A DNA stretch of 64,000 bases, from assembly GCF_049554935.1 (NCBI RefSeq), contig NZ_CP186926.1, forward strand, positions 1,216,001 through 1,280,000, in the 5' to 3' direction. This document shows, piece after piece, positions 10,553 to 21,015 of this stretch (the first letter of the stretch is position 1; every line of letters begins with the position of its first letter). Source of the stretch: Methanocaldococcus indicus. GTDB taxonomy: Archaea > AGJL01 > Methanococci > Methanococcales > Methanocaldococcaceae. A program made the translations under genes and the position numbers. The notes under the pieces were generated by a model, which was not told the DNA's origin, did no database searches, and was given only the letters and a program-made list of their open reading frames with translations.

Positions 10553-11953
10553 ATGAATCTTCTACCAATAATAGTTCTTTTTCCAATAACTATGGCATTG
10601 ATTTTAAATCTTCTACATGGAAAGGAGAGAGTTGTTAAGTATTTAACATACTTTTTAGCAATATCTTTAATTATTCTACCATTTATTGGAAACTATGGAT
10701 ATTACTATTTTGGTGGGCATGGAGTAGTTGATGGATATACAACAGGAATAGCCTATCTATACAACTCAGGAAAACAAGCTTTATTGATAATTCTGTCATT
10801 GATTGTTTCTCTCTCTTTAATAACTGGGATGTCTGAAAGATTAAAAAATAATATGTTTGTTGTCTTAACTTTAATGGGATTTGCAGGAGTTGCAGCAATA
10901 ATATTAAGTGATGATTTATTTAACTTATATGTATTTTTTGAAATTGTTTCTATGGTTCAAGCAGGATTAGTATTTTTATCTGGGACAGAGGAGAGTTATA
11001 AAGCTGGTTTAAGATACACAATAATTGGAGTAGTTGCTGGAAGCTTTATGTTGTTAGGAATAGCTTTCTTATTAGCTGTAACTGGCTCTTTAAACATATC
11101 TGATATTAAGAACTATATTGTAGATAATCCTGTTGTTTATGCAGGATTAATGTTGTTAATTGTTGGTTTAGCATACAGCTCAGGATTGCCTCCATTTCAT
11201 ATAATAAAAGCTGATTTATATAGTAGAGCAAAAGGATTTATATCATCTATTTTACAAATGTATTCAAAATTTGTTTTAGTAGGAGTATTTTTAGTTATTA
11301 TTAAAATATTTAGTGGATTAGCTGTTTATTCAATAACACAAGGAATTTTAATATTCCTATCTGTTTTAGCTATTGTTTTTGGAACTGTTTTGGCATTAGT
11401 ATCAAAAGATTTAAAAAGACTTTTAGCATATTCCTCTATAAGTCATGTTGGATTTGCATCTATTGGATTAGCATTAGGAACACCATTAGCTATTGTAGCA
11501 GGAATATTTCATATTATAAATAGTGTCATCTTCAAAGCAGGACTGTTTATTATGGCTTATGTTATTAGTTCAATAAGATGTCCTAATTTAGAAAAATTGG
11601 GAGGATTAATAGACAAAACACCATTATTAGCATTATTGACACTAATTCTAATGTTATCAGCTGCTGGAATTCCATTTTTAGGAGGATTTCAAAGTAAGCT
11701 CTTAATAATTAAAGAAGTAATTATATACTATCCTGAAATAGCAATAATAATGATTTTAGCAAGTATTGGTAGTTTTATTTATATGACAAAAGCATTCTAC
11801 TTAATATTTTTAAGACCTACAAATTATGAATATGATAAAATTAAAGTTCCAAAAAGTGCCATATTTTCAATGATAGTTTTAGTTATTTTAACTATACTAT
11901 TTGGAGTATATCCTGATATAATTTTAAAATATCTCATAAATTTGGTGGATTAA
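10553..11953 (+). CDS. ehbF: Energy-converting hydrogenase B subunit F (MnhD/NuoN-like antiporter subunit)
   Basis: DLFNLYVFFEI, GLPPFH, KRLLAYSSISHVG and GIPFLGGFQSK proton-antiporter motifs. Confidence 0.82.
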   Translation: MNLLPIIVLFPITMALILNLLHGKERVVKYLTYFLAISLIILPFIGNYGYYYFGGHGVVDGYTTGIAYLYNSGKQALLIILSLIVSLSLITGMSERLKNNMFVVLTLMGFAGVAAIILSDDLFNLYVFFEIVSMVQAGLVFLSGTEESYKAGLRYTIIGVVAGSFMLLGIAFLLAVTGSLNISDIKNYIVDNPVVYAGLMLLIVGLAYSSGLPPFHIIKADLYSRAKGFISSILQMYSKFVLVGVFLVIIKIFSGLAVYSITQGILIFLSVLAIVFGTVLALVSKDLKRLLAYSSISHVGFASIGLALGTPLAIVAGIFHIINSVIFKAGLFIMAYVISSIRCPNLEKLGGLIDKTPLLALLTLILMLSAAGIPFLGGFQSKLLIIKEVIIYYPEIAIIMILASIGSFIYMTKAFYLIFLRPTNYEYDKIKVPKSAIFSMIVLVILTILFGVYPDIILKYLINLVD

Positions 11954-12214
11954 ATGAACAATGAGGAAGAAACTGGAAACTATCTTCTATATATCTTGTT
12001 TATATTTGGGGCATTATCTATTGGAAAAATCTATGGAATTAGCTTAGCTATATTTATTGGTTTAATTGTTGTTGGAATCTCACTATCATATAAACCAATA
12101 GTAAAAATATTTAAGAAAGAGAATAACAACTCTCTAAATAATCAATTATTTTGGATATCAATATTTTTAGGAGTAATTGCATTTATCTTATTTATAATTA
12201 AAGGGATAAGATGA
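11954..12214 (+). CDS. ehbG: Small membrane protein, likely Ehb subunit G
   Basis: 86 aa with 2-3 TMs, translationally coupled between ehbF and the MnhB-like gene. Confidence 0.55.
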   Translation: MNNEEETGNYLLYILFIFGALSIGKIYGISLAIFIGLIVVGISLSYKPIVKIFKKENNNSLNNQLFWISIFLGVIAFILFIIKGIR

Positions 12215-12990
12215 CAGCAAAAAGAGATTTAATGGTAGGAATATCATTTTTAGTTTTTGGAGCTTCAATAATCAATACATTAGCCAATATAAAAGTAAAT
12301 CCAGGAGTTAATATAATATATTTAAAGGACTACATTGTCCCAAATTATGTAACAGCTATACTATTTGATTGGAGGGGATATGATACATTAGGAGAATGTT
12401 TAGTTTTAATAGTTGCAGTTATGGTATCTTGGACAATTTTTGGAAAATCTTTGTATGATTATAGATATTTAAAAGAGTTATTTAAAGCTCCAACATCAGA
12501 TGATTATATAACTCTCCAAAGATGGGGAGAATTCACTCTAATGATTAAATATTTAGCTTATCCGCTATCAATATTTTTAGTTGCCTTGGGAATATTGACT
12601 ATATTAGGTGGGCATATAACACCAGGAGGAGGTTTCCAGGGAGGTGCTTTAATAGCATCAGCTTTTATTGTATCAATAGTTGCCTTTGGTTCCAACTCTC
12701 CTCTCTGGTTTGACCATCATTTTTTAGAGAAGTTAGAAACATTTGGAGCATTAGCATATATTTTTATTGGATTTATAGGAATGTTTTTATTTGGAATATA
12801 TTTAATAAACTTTAAAACATTATTTGGAGTTGATATATTCCCAGGACCTATTGCAGCTGGAATTATTCCATATTTAAATATTGCAGTTGGATTAAAGGTT
12901 TTAGCAAGCTTATCAACAGCAATATTCCTATTATCTTGCGAGAAGGTAATTATAGAGAAAATAGAAGAACCAGAAGAACATCTAAAATAA
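12211..12990 (+). CDS. Ehb subunit H/I fusion (MnhB-domain membrane protein)
   Basis: NYVTAILFDWRGYDTLGE (EhbH-like) followed by GGHITPGGGFQGG (MnhB/EhbI-like). Confidence 0.75.
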   Translation: MTAKRDLMVGISFLVFGASIINTLANIKVNPGVNIIYLKDYIVPNYVTAILFDWRGYDTLGECLVLIVAVMVSWTIFGKSLYDYRYLKELFKAPTSDDYITLQRWGEFTLMIKYLAYPLSIFLVALGILTILGGHITPGGGFQGGALIASAFIVSIVAFGSNSPLWFDHHFLEKLETFGALAYIFIGFIGMFLFGIYLINFKTLFGVDIFPGPIAAGIIPYLNIAVGLKVLASLSTAIFLLSCEKVIIEKIEEPEEHLK

Positions 12991-13004
12991 TATAAGGGAT
13001 TTAA

Positions 13005-13880
13005 TTGAAAAAATTCAAAGAGTATATTTTAATTTATTTTAAAGGATTTTTAATGGGCACTGCAGATATTATTCCAGGAATTTCAGGAGGGACAATTGCT
13101 TTAATAGTTGGAATTTATAAAAGATTGATTAAGGGGATATATAAGTTGAGTAAGAATATAAAGAGTGCAATATATTGGACTATTAAAGGAGATACAAAAA
13201 AAGTGTTTAATTGTATTAAAGATAATGACTATTCTTTGTTTATTCCCCTATTTTTAGGAATTTTATCAGCAATTTTTTTAATGTCAAACATCATCCATTA
13301 TCTATTAGCTAATTATCCTGCTTATTTATATTCTTTCTTTGTAGGTTTAATTTTAAGCTCTTCTTTAATAATTGTTAAAGAGATAGAGGATATATGTTTA
13401 GAGAATATTTTTTCATTCATTTTTGGGTTTGTATTAGCTATTTTTATATCAAGTTATAGCTTATTAAGCTTAGATAACTCTCTATTATCAATTTTTATCT
13501 CAGGAGCTTTGGCTGTGTGTGCTATGATTCTTCCAGGAATATCTGGCTCATATATTTTAGTATTTTTAAATAAGTATGATTATCTAATATCAGCCGTTAA
13601 AAACCTTGATTTTGTAGTTTTATTTGTATTTTCCTTAGGTGGTTTTGTTGGATTAATGAGCTTTTCGAGGATTATATATTATTTACTAAAAAACTTCAAA
13701 TCTTTGACAGTATCTTTTTTATTAGGACTGATGCTTGGAGCTTTAAAAGTGCCAATTGATAAAATATTATCAGAGAATGGAGATATTTTTTTATGCATAA
13801 TTCTTCTAATTTTTGGAATTATTACTGTTAGTGTTTTAAATTATCTATCTAAATACAAACTCCCAAAATCCTATAACTAA
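13005..13880 (+). CDS. DUF368 family membrane protein
   Basis: Duplicated MG.AD.IPGISGGTIA / AMILPGISGS motifs. Confidence 0.88.
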   Translation: MKKFKEYILIYFKGFLMGTADIIPGISGGTIALIVGIYKRLIKGIYKLSKNIKSAIYWTIKGDTKKVFNCIKDNDYSLFIPLFLGILSAIFLMSNIIHYLLANYPAYLYSFFVGLILSSSLIIVKEIEDICLENIFSFIFGFVLAIFISSYSLLSLDNSLLSIFISGALAVCAMILPGISGSYILVFLNKYDYLISAVKNLDFVVLFVFSLGGFVGLMSFSRIIYYLLKNFKSLTVSFLLGLMLGALKVPIDKILSENGDIFLCIILLIFGIITVSVLNYLSKYKLPKSYN

Positions 13881-14756
13881 GAAAGATGTTAAAGTTGTTA
13901 TAAAAATAGCAGAAGATATTAATTTAATATTAAGGTTGTAAATACTTCCTAAAACAAAAGACATCATAGCTGAGGGCATTGAACTCTCAACCAATAAAAC
14001 TTTTTTCTCTAATCCAGTAATATTAAATATACTTGATAATATATAGGCTGATGTAGGAGATAATATAAACCTAAATATACAAACTATAAAACTCAAAACT
14101 ATTGAATATTTTATAGCCCTTGGAGATAAAGATAAACCAAGAGAGAGCATAATTAAAGGAACTGTTGCAGAAGAAAGATACTCTAAACTCTTTAAAAAGA
14201 ACTTAGGCAAATAGTTTAAATCAAAATTAAATAAAACTAAGATAATACTTAAAATACCTACGACTAATGGAGGAAACTTTATCATCTCAACAATTATGTT
14301 TTTTCCTTCTCCACAACCAAACTTTATTCCCACATAACTACCTAACAACATAGTAACAAAAACACTACCTAAATCACAAAATATAGCTCTTACCAATCCC
14401 TCAGTATTAAATAATCCTAAGATAACAGGATATCCCAAAAATCCAGTGTTAGCTAACATACAAACTAAAATAAATCCTCCCAAACTTTCTCTATCTAATT
14501 TTAAAAGATAATTTCCAACTATATAAGCAAGTAATCCACAGAAAGAGAATGTAATTATTATAACAATTGGCAATTTTAAGAAAGTGAATATTTCAGAACT
14601 ATTTAAATTTTTAAGAATAGTTAAAAAAATAGTTGCTGGCATTGTTAGATGAACTACTATCCTACTAAGTATTTTTGAATGTTCTTCCTCTACAATATTA
14701 AAAAATTTTAGTAAATACCCAAATAAAACCAAAGTAATTATTGTTAATATTATCAT
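13845..14756 (-). CDS. AEC (auxin efflux carrier) family transporter
   Basis: About 10 TMs; ANTGFLGYP, ATVPLIMLSLG and SSMPSA motifs. Confidence 0.85.
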   Translation of the reverse strand: MIILTIITLVLFGYLLKFFNIVEEEHSKILSRIVVHLTMPATIFLTILKNLNSSEIFTFLKLPIVIIITFSFCGLLAYIVGNYLLKLDRESLGGFILVCMLANTGFLGYPVILGLFNTEGLVRAIFCDLGSVFVTMLLGSYVGIKFGCGEGKNIIVEMIKFPPLVVGILSIILVLFNFDLNYLPKFFLKSLEYLSSATVPLIMLSLGLSLSPRAIKYSIVLSFIVCIFRFILSPTSAYILSSIFNITGLEKKVLLVESSMPSAMMSFVLGSIYNLNIKLISSAIFITTLTSFLVIGFWEFVFR

Positions 14757-16031
14757 TTATACATCTCTTGGGTCTGTTAGTTCTCCTTTAACTGCACATG
14801 CTGCTGCTGTTATTGGAGATGCTAAATAAATCTCTGCTTTTAAGGAACCTTGTCTTCCTTTAAAGTTTCTATTAGATGTTGAAACACAAACTTCTCCATC
14901 TCCTAAAACTCCATACAATGAACCCATACAAGCAGAACATGAAGGATTTGTAACAACACATCCATATTTTATAAATTTCTCAATAATTCCAGCTTTTAAT
15001 GCTTTTAAATATTCTTCTCTTGAAGCAGGAGTTACAATAACTCTAACATCATCAGCAATTCCACCAGCTTTTTCTATAATTTTTATTGCCATTTGTAAAT
15101 CTTCAAATCTACCATTTGTGCAACTTCCAATAAATACTTGGTCTATTGGCTTTCCAGCCACTTCTCTACATTGTTTTACATTATCTACATTGTGAGGACA
15201 TGAAAATACAGGTTCTATTTTATCTGCCTCTATTTCATAAACTTCTTCAAATTCTGCATCTTCATCTCCTTTTATAGGTTTAAATTCTCTCTCAGTATTG
15301 TGTTTTTTCATAGCTTCCTTTACATATTGAATAGTTTTTTCATCTGGCTCAATAATTCCTGTTTTTCCTCCCATTTCAATAGCCATATTAGTCATAGTCA
15401 TTCTTGAAGCTATGGAGAGGTTTTTTACTGTTTCTCCACCAAATTGACAAGCTTTGTAAGTAGCTCCATCAACTCCAACCTCTCCAATTATTGAAAGGAT
15501 TATATCTTTTGAAGTAACATAATCCTTTAACTCACCATTTATATTGAAATAGAGTGTTTCAGGAACTTTAAACCAAAGTTCTCCTGTTGTAAATACATAA
15601 GCCATATCTGTTGAACCAATTCCAGTAGAGAATGCTCCCAAAGCCCCATGTGTGCAAGTGTGAGAATCAGCTCCAACTAAAACCTCTCCAGGAGCTACAT
15701 GCCCCTTCTCTGGTAGAACTTGATGACAAACACCCTCTCTTATATCATAGAAATACTTTATATTATGTTTTTTTACAAATTTTCTCATTAAAATATGGTT
15801 ATTTGCTGAGATTATAGAATCTGCTGGAACTTGATGGTCAAATAAAATAACTATCTTCTCATTATCCCAAACTTTATCTATTCCATACTTTTCTAAAACT
15901 TTAACAGTTAATGGACCTGTTATATCATGCACCATAGCTCTATCTATTTTAGCCATTACTATATCTCCAGGAGAAACTTCTTTTTTTCCTGATGCTCTTG
16001 CTAATATCTTCTCAACAATAGTCATTCCCAT
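14757..16031 (-). CDS. leuC: 3-isopropylmalate/citramalate isomerase large subunit
   Basis: Aconitase-family motifs [33 protein letters not shown] and SNRNF.GRQG. Homoaconitase aksD cannot be fully excluded. Confidence 0.85.
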   Translation of the reverse strand: MGMTIVEKILARASGKKEVSPGDIVMAKIDRAMVHDITGPLTVKVLEKYGIDKVWDNEKIVILFDHQVPADSIISANNHILMRKFVKKHNIKYFYDIREGVCHQVLPEKGHVAPGEVLVGADSHTCTHGALGAFSTGIGSTDMAYVFTTGELWFKVPETLYFNINGELKDYVTSKDIILSIIGEVGVDGATYKACQFGGETVKNLSIASRMTMTNMAIEMGGKTGIIEPDEKTIQYVKEAMKKHNTEREFKPIKGDEDAEFEEVYEIEADKIEPVFSCPHNVDNVKQCREVAGKPIDQVFIGSCTNGRFEDLQMAIKIIEKAGGIADDVRVIVTPASREEYLKALKAGIIEKFIKYGCVVTNPSCSACMGSLYGVLGDGEVCVSTSNRNFKGRQGSLKAEIYLASPITAAACAVKGELTDPRDV

Positions 16032-16138
16032 ATCATCACCAAGTTATAAAATTTAATAACCCAAATTTATATCTAATTATAAAAAATTTTCTTACAAGAT
16101 ATAAGATGTAAAATAAATTTAGAAAATATTAAAAAATT

Positions 16139-17704
16139 TTAAAGTTTAATAACAGATATATCTTTGATATATGGTAGTTCTTTTATCTTCTTTAAAGCTT
16201 CTTCTGGAATTGGATTGTCTAATGAGAGAATCATTACTGCCTCTCCTCCTGGTTCTTTTCTACCCACTTGCATTCCAGCAATATTTACTCCATACTCTCC
16301 TAATATTATTCCTACTTTACCTACAACTCCTGGTCTATCTATATGATTAGTTATTGCTAAAACACCTTCAGGAATAAAATTGACTGGATAATTGTTTATT
16401 TCCAAAATTACTGGTTTGTTGTTAATTATTGTCCCTGAAATTGAAAAACTTTTCTTATCTCCTTCAGCTTCAATTTTAATATAATTTTTATCCTCTGATG
16501 TCTTTAATTCTATAACCTCAATTCCTCTATTTTTAGCTAAAATTTCAGCATTTACTAAATTGACTCCTGCCAATAGTATTGGAGACAATAATCCTTTTAA
16601 AAAACTTCTTTTTAAAAGATTTGTATTTTCTTTTGCTAAATCTCCTGAATATATTATTTTTATTTTTTTTACTGTTCCATCTAAAACCTGCATAACTATA
16701 TTCCCTAATATCTCTGAAAGAACTAAATAAGGTTTTAACTTACCTAATTTTTCTTTTGGTAGATTTGGTAAATTTACAATATTTTCTGCTAACTCACCAT
16801 TAACTATCTTTTTTATTTGTTCAGCAACAATTGTCCCAGCTGATTTTTGTGCCTCTTCTGTTGATGCTCCTAAATGAGGAGTACATATTAAATTATCTAA
16901 CTCTAACAATGGGTTGTTTTTAGGTGGTTCTTCTTCAAATACATCCAAAGCAGCTGCTCTAATTCTTTTTTCTTTTAAAGCTTTGTATAGAGCTTTTTCA
17001 TCAATTATTCCTCCTCTTGCACAATTAACCACAATAGCATTTTTTTTCATTAGATTAAATTCTTCTTCTCCAATCAATCCTTTTGTTTTTGGAGTTAGTG
17101 GAACATGAACAGTTATAATATCAGCTTCTCTACATACATCTTGCACACTATCTAACAATCTAACTCCTAACTCATTAGCTACTTCTTTTGAAATATATGG
17201 GTCATATCCAACAATATCCATTCCAAATGCCTTAGCTCTCTTTACTACTTGCTGTCCTATTCTTCCCAATCCAATAACTCCTAAGGTTTTTCCATACAAC
17301 TCAATACCTTTAAATCTCTTCCTGTCCCATTCTCCTCTTTTAACTGATTCATTTGCTTGAGGTATATTTCTTGCAGCTGAAAGAATTAAACCTAATGTTA
17401 GTTCTGCAACAGAAATAGAAGAGGCGTCAGGAGCATTTACAACAATAATTCCCTTCTCTGTTGCTTTCTCAACATCTATATTATCCACTCCAACTCCTGC
17501 TCTACCAATAATTTTTAGCTTCTTAGCTCTATCTATAACCTCACTATCAACTTTTGTTCCACTTCTCACAACTAAAATATCTGCATCTTCAATTTTTTTT
17601 AAAAGTTCCTCTTTTGTTAAGTTTGTAGCAACTTCTACCTCTCCAATCTCTCTCAAAATCTTTATAGCATCTTCATGTATTGGGTCAGTAACTAATATCT
17701 TCAC
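16139..17704 (-). CDS. serA: D-3-phosphoglycerate dehydrogenase
   Basis: [31 protein letters not shown] and a C-terminal ACT domain. GTG 17704 follows GGTGG; alternative ATG at 17716. Confidence 0.95.
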   Translation of the reverse strand: MKILVTDPIHEDAIKILREIGEVEVATNLTKEELLKKIEDADILVVRSGTKVDSEVIDRAKKLKIIGRAGVGVDNIDVEKATEKGIIVVNAPDASSISVAELTLGLILSAARNIPQANESVKRGEWDRKRFKGIELYGKTLGVIGLGRIGQQVVKRAKAFGMDIVGYDPYISKEVANELGVRLLDSVQDVCREADIITVHVPLTPKTKGLIGEEEFNLMKKNAIVVNCARGGIIDEKALYKALKEKRIRAAALDVFEEEPPKNNPLLELDNLICTPHLGASTEEAQKSAGTIVAEQIKKIVNGELAENIVNLPNLPKEKLGKLKPYLVLSEILGNIVMQVLDGTVKKIKIIYSGDLAKENTNLLKRSFLKGLLSPILLAGVNLVNAEILAKNRGIEVIELKTSEDKNYIKIEAEGDKKSFSISGTIINNKPVILEINNYPVNFIPEGVLAITNHIDRPGVVGKVGIILGEYGVNIAGMQVGRKEPGGEAVMILSLDNPIPEEALKKIKELPYIKDISVIKL

Positions 17705-17719
17705 AATTTCCACCATTTT

Positions 17720-18949
17720 TTATATTTTGCATCCATAAGCTTCAAACAACTCTCCATTAACAACAGTATATACTGGGAATCCTTTCACTTCCAAACCTTC
17801 AAATGGGGAAAATTTTGCTCTACTCTCAAATAATTCAGGATTTATTTTTCCTTCTTTTTTTATATCTATAACTGTTAGATTTGCAACATTTCCCTCTTTT
17901 ATCTCATTATCTATATTAAAAATTTTAGCTGGGTTTAAGGATATTAAAGAGATAGCTTTTTCTAAGCTAATTAAATTTTTGTTTGCTAAATTTATAGTTA
18001 GTGGAACTAATGTTTCCAATCCAGGAATTCCAGAAGGACATTCATTTACATCTTTTAATTTTTCCTCTATTAAATGAGGAGCATGGTCAGAGGCAATAAT
18101 ATCCACTACTCCATTATTAATTCCATTAATCAATGAAATTATATCTTCTTTATCTCTTAAAGGAGGATTAACTTTCCCAAAACCTTTTAACATCTCTGCT
18201 TTATCCTTTGTTAAATATAGATGATGAGGAGTAACTTCAACAGTTATCTTAAAATTTTTCTTAGCATCTTTCAAAATATTTATTGATTCTTTTGTAGAAA
18301 TATGGCAAAAATGGACTTTTGCATTTGTTAAATTTTTAATGATTTCTTTTACTGCTTCATATTCAGCTCTATTATCTCTAATCAAACAGTGAGATAACCA
18401 GCTATTATAAGAGTATTTTTTTAAGTTCTCATTTATTATATCTTTATGTTCTGCATGTACACAGTAAAATTTATTTAAAGATAAAATATCTTTTAGGAGA
18501 GTATAGTCATTAATATAGAGTTCTCCAACAGATTTTACCATAAAAATTTTATATGCCTTGGCATCTTCAACATTCTCTTTATAGTTTTTTTCAGTAACTC
18601 CATAATTTAAATATATATTTAATTTCTCTTTTTTAGCATCATCCAATTTTTTATAAAAAAGATTTTTGTTTGTTATTGGAGGAGAGTCATTAGGCATATC
18701 TATAACAAAACATACTCCCCCATTAATGCCTGCTAAACTACCACTTTTAAAACCTTCTTTTTTACTTCTCCATCTTAAATGCACATGAGCATCAATAACT
18801 CCTGGAACAACTAAATTATTCTTTAAATCTACCTTTTTGTCATCTTCATTAATAATTTTAGCAATTCTTTTTATTTTTCCATCTTCAATTTTTATCTCTC
18901 CACTAACAAAATTATTATTTAAATAAATCCTACAGTTTTTTAATATCAT
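17720..18949 (-). CDS. pyrC: Dihydroorotase
   Basis: [30 protein letters not shown] and SDHAPH motifs. Confidence 0.93.
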   Translation of the reverse strand: MILKNCRIYLNNNFVSGEIKIEDGKIKRIAKIINEDDKKVDLKNNLVVPGVIDAHVHLRWRSKKEGFKSGSLAGINGGVCFVIDMPNDSPPITNKNLFYKKLDDAKKEKLNIYLNYGVTEKNYKENVEDAKAYKIFMVKSVGELYINDYTLLKDILSLNKFYCVHAEHKDIINENLKKYSYNSWLSHCLIRDNRAEYEAVKEIIKNLTNAKVHFCHISTKESINILKDAKKNFKITVEVTPHHLYLTKDKAEMLKGFGKVNPPLRDKEDIISLINGINNGVVDIIASDHAPHLIEEKLKDVNECPSGIPGLETLVPLTINLANKNLISLEKAISLISLNPAKIFNIDNEIKEGNVANLTVIDIKKEGKINPELFESRAKFSPFEGLEVKGFPVYTVVNGELFEAYGCKI

Positions 18950-18955
18950 GCCTAT

Positions 18956-19729
18956 CTAACCAATATATCTTAAATCATCATCATGAGCAGGTTTCTTTTG
19001 CTGTTGTAAGTTTTTAATCATCTCTTCCTCAAACTTTCTAATCTTGTCAAAGAACTCCTCCATACCTTTTGCTCTCTTCTCTAACTCCTCTAAGTTAATC
19101 TCAATATTTTCTATTTTACCAAATTTCTCTAAAACTGCCTTAGCTGCATTAGGGTCTATAAAGTATCCAGGAGTTTCTCCCATTAAACAAATTCCAGGAA
19201 TATTATTCAAATCAGCAAACAACAACATTAATCCAGCAGCTCCAACTATTCCTCCTCCATCAGTTCTAAATACGATACCATACTCTTTTATTTTCTCTGC
19301 AAGTTCTTTTTTAGTTGTAGCTCCATAAACTTTAATTTCCTCAGATATTTTTCCAGTTCCAAAACCTCCAAATGTATATACAAAGTTGGCTCCATACTCT
19401 ATTCCAATCTTGACAATTTCCTCTGAAAGATGATACTGTCCTATTGGAGACAGTGCTTGTGTATTACCTACAACAATTATCATAGGTTTTGGCTCTTCTA
19501 TTCTATAAAAACTTGCACACATATACTCAATAGTTCCATCATCTTTAACCAATACTTGTGGTGGAAAATCATAACAAAACAGTTCTAAAAACTTCTCTCC
19601 ATTAAATTCATGAACTAAATGCTCAGCAGCTAATCTACCAACATGCCCAATTCCAGGAAGCTCTTCTATTAAAAGAGCATTTTCTAATTTTTCAACATCC
19701 TTTATTTTTCTTGTTATTATTTTAACCAT
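18956..19729 (-). CDS. Proteasome assembly chaperone PAC2 family protein
   Basis: LPGIGHVG, FPPQV, GGIVGAAGL, CLMGETPGY..DPNAAK and C-terminal LRYIG. Confidence 0.88.
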   Translation of the reverse strand: MVKIITRKIKDVEKLENALLIEELPGIGHVGRLAAEHLVHEFNGEKFLELFCYDFPPQVLVKDDGTIEYMCASFYRIEEPKPMIIVVGNTQALSPIGQYHLSEEIVKIGIEYGANFVYTFGGFGTGKISEEIKVYGATTKKELAEKIKEYGIVFRTDGGGIVGAAGLMLLFADLNNIPGICLMGETPGYFIDPNAAKAVLEKFGKIENIEINLEELEKRAKGMEEFFDKIRKFEEEMIKNLQQQKKPAHDDDLRYIG

Positions 19730-19866
19730 ATTTGCTCACCTAAATAATTTATTGTCATTAATAGCTTTTTATATGTTTTTACAAACTTCCTTATAAATTT
19801 TATTTTATCAATTCTAATAGTTAATTTTTTTCTTAAATTTTTTATTAATTTATTTTTCTTAATTTA

Positions 19867-19887
19867 TATTGTTACTTTCTTTCTAAT
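19867..19887 (+). repeat. 21-bp direct repeat, copy 1 (TATTGTTACTTTCTTTCTAAT)
   Basis: 20/21 identical to 20797..20817; the pair brackets the HEPN-MNT module. Confidence 0.6.
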
Positions 19888-20036
19888 TTTCTTTTAATTG
19901 CTATAAATAAACTACCAAAATCTTTAATTATAACATTTCTCTCAAAACATACAATATCTCTAACTAACTTAAAATATAATCTCTTCCTTAAACTTACAAA
20001 CTCTGTAAAGTCCTTATTTGCTATAAATCCTAACAT
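19872..20036 (-). CDS. Small 54-aa ORF or gene remnant (MLGFIANKDFTEFVSLRKRLYF...)
   Basis: Open frame from ATG 20036 to TAA 19872 with purine-rich codon usage, directly downstream of the MNT gene. No recognisable motif. Confidence 0.3.
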   Translation of the reverse strand: MLGFIANKDFTEFVSLRKRLYFKLVRDIVCFERNVIIKDFGSLFIAIKRKLERK

Positions 20037-20065
20037 TCTCAACTCTCACGACTAAGTTTTATTAT

Positions 20066-20368
20066 TTAATACAATATCTTTCCCTCTTTTAAAACATTCC
20101 TATGGAATGACCAATTTATTTTTTTGTTAAACTGCTCTTCACTCTCAATAATTGCATTTATAACTACTCCATATTTTAACAACAATTTAGTGCATAAATC
20201 AATAACATAATCAAAATCCACATCTCCAACTATCAAAATATCAATATCGCTCTCTTCAGTGTAATCTCCCCTTGCATAACTACCAAATAATATAATTTTT
20301 TTAATTCTACCTTTATATTTTGATTTTAATGCATTCACAAACTCTTTTATTGCTTTTTCTTCATTCAT
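20066..20368 (-). CDS. Minimal nucleotidyltransferase (MNT) antitoxin
   Basis: IILFGSYARGD...SDIDILIV (GSx10DxD), 100 aa; ATGA overlap with the upstream HEPN gene. Confidence 0.92.
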   Translation of the reverse strand: MNEEKAIKEFVNALKSKYKGRIKKIILFGSYARGDYTEESDIDILIVGDVDFDYVIDLCTKLLLKYGVVINAIIESEEQFNKKINWSFHRNVLKEGKILY

Positions 20369-20769
20369 AATATCTCCTCTAATGCTTTTTTTATTCTTTC
20401 AACAAACATCTCTGCTTCATATACCATTGACTCTGTTTCTTCTTCAGTTGGATTATAAATAGTATAATCTGCTTTCCATCTTAAACTATAACCTTTTGTT
20501 ATTATTCTCCCATAAATTTCTTCAATATATCCTTCATTAACAAATTACAGTCCAAACATTTTTATGACTCCAGCATGCTTTTTTGGATTAATGTTTTTAG
20601 TCAGTAACAATGCTTTTGCAGAATGGAATATTGCATAATAAGCCCTTGCTATTGCATCCCTATATAATTTATTTTCAAATAAAATTTTTGAAGCAGATAA
20701 ATTTTCCTCTGCAATTTCCATAAGTGCTTGAATCTCTTCCTTTGTATCTTTATTAAGCAAAATTTTCAC
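20365..20769 (-). pseudogene. HEPN domain protein (partner of MNT) interrupted by an in-frame TAA
   Basis: ARAYYAIFHSAKALL...KKHAGVIKMFGL, TAA at 20545-20547, then the same frame continues FVNEGYIEE...LRWKADY...AEMFVERIKKALEEIL to TGA 20365 (135 codons in total). Confidence 0.88.
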
Positions 20770-20796
20770 CGTTTAATAATTGTTGCCATTTAGAAT

Positions 20797-20817
20797 TATT
20801 GTTATTTTCTTTCTAAT
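20797..20817 (+). repeat. 21-bp direct repeat, copy 2 (TATTGTTATTTTCTTTCTAAT)
   Basis: 20/21 identical to 19867..19887. Confidence 0.6.
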
Positions 20818-21015
20818 CTTAGGATAAACTAATGATATTATTTCTTATGAGCCATTTCCAATGATATTAAGTTAGTTGCTGAAAATGCTTTTAATTTTTA
20901 GGTATTTATAGTGGTGAATCTTCGACCATAATACAATAGTAAAAATAGATAACAATGACATAAACTAATTCCAGAATTTTATCTAGTGTCAGGATATTTT
21001 TATTATAAAAAAGAG

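Noticed and set aside
20545-20547. Selenocysteine or pyrrolysine readthrough of the HEPN stop
   Set aside because: The codon is TAA, not TGA or TAG, and no SECIS-like hairpin is visible.
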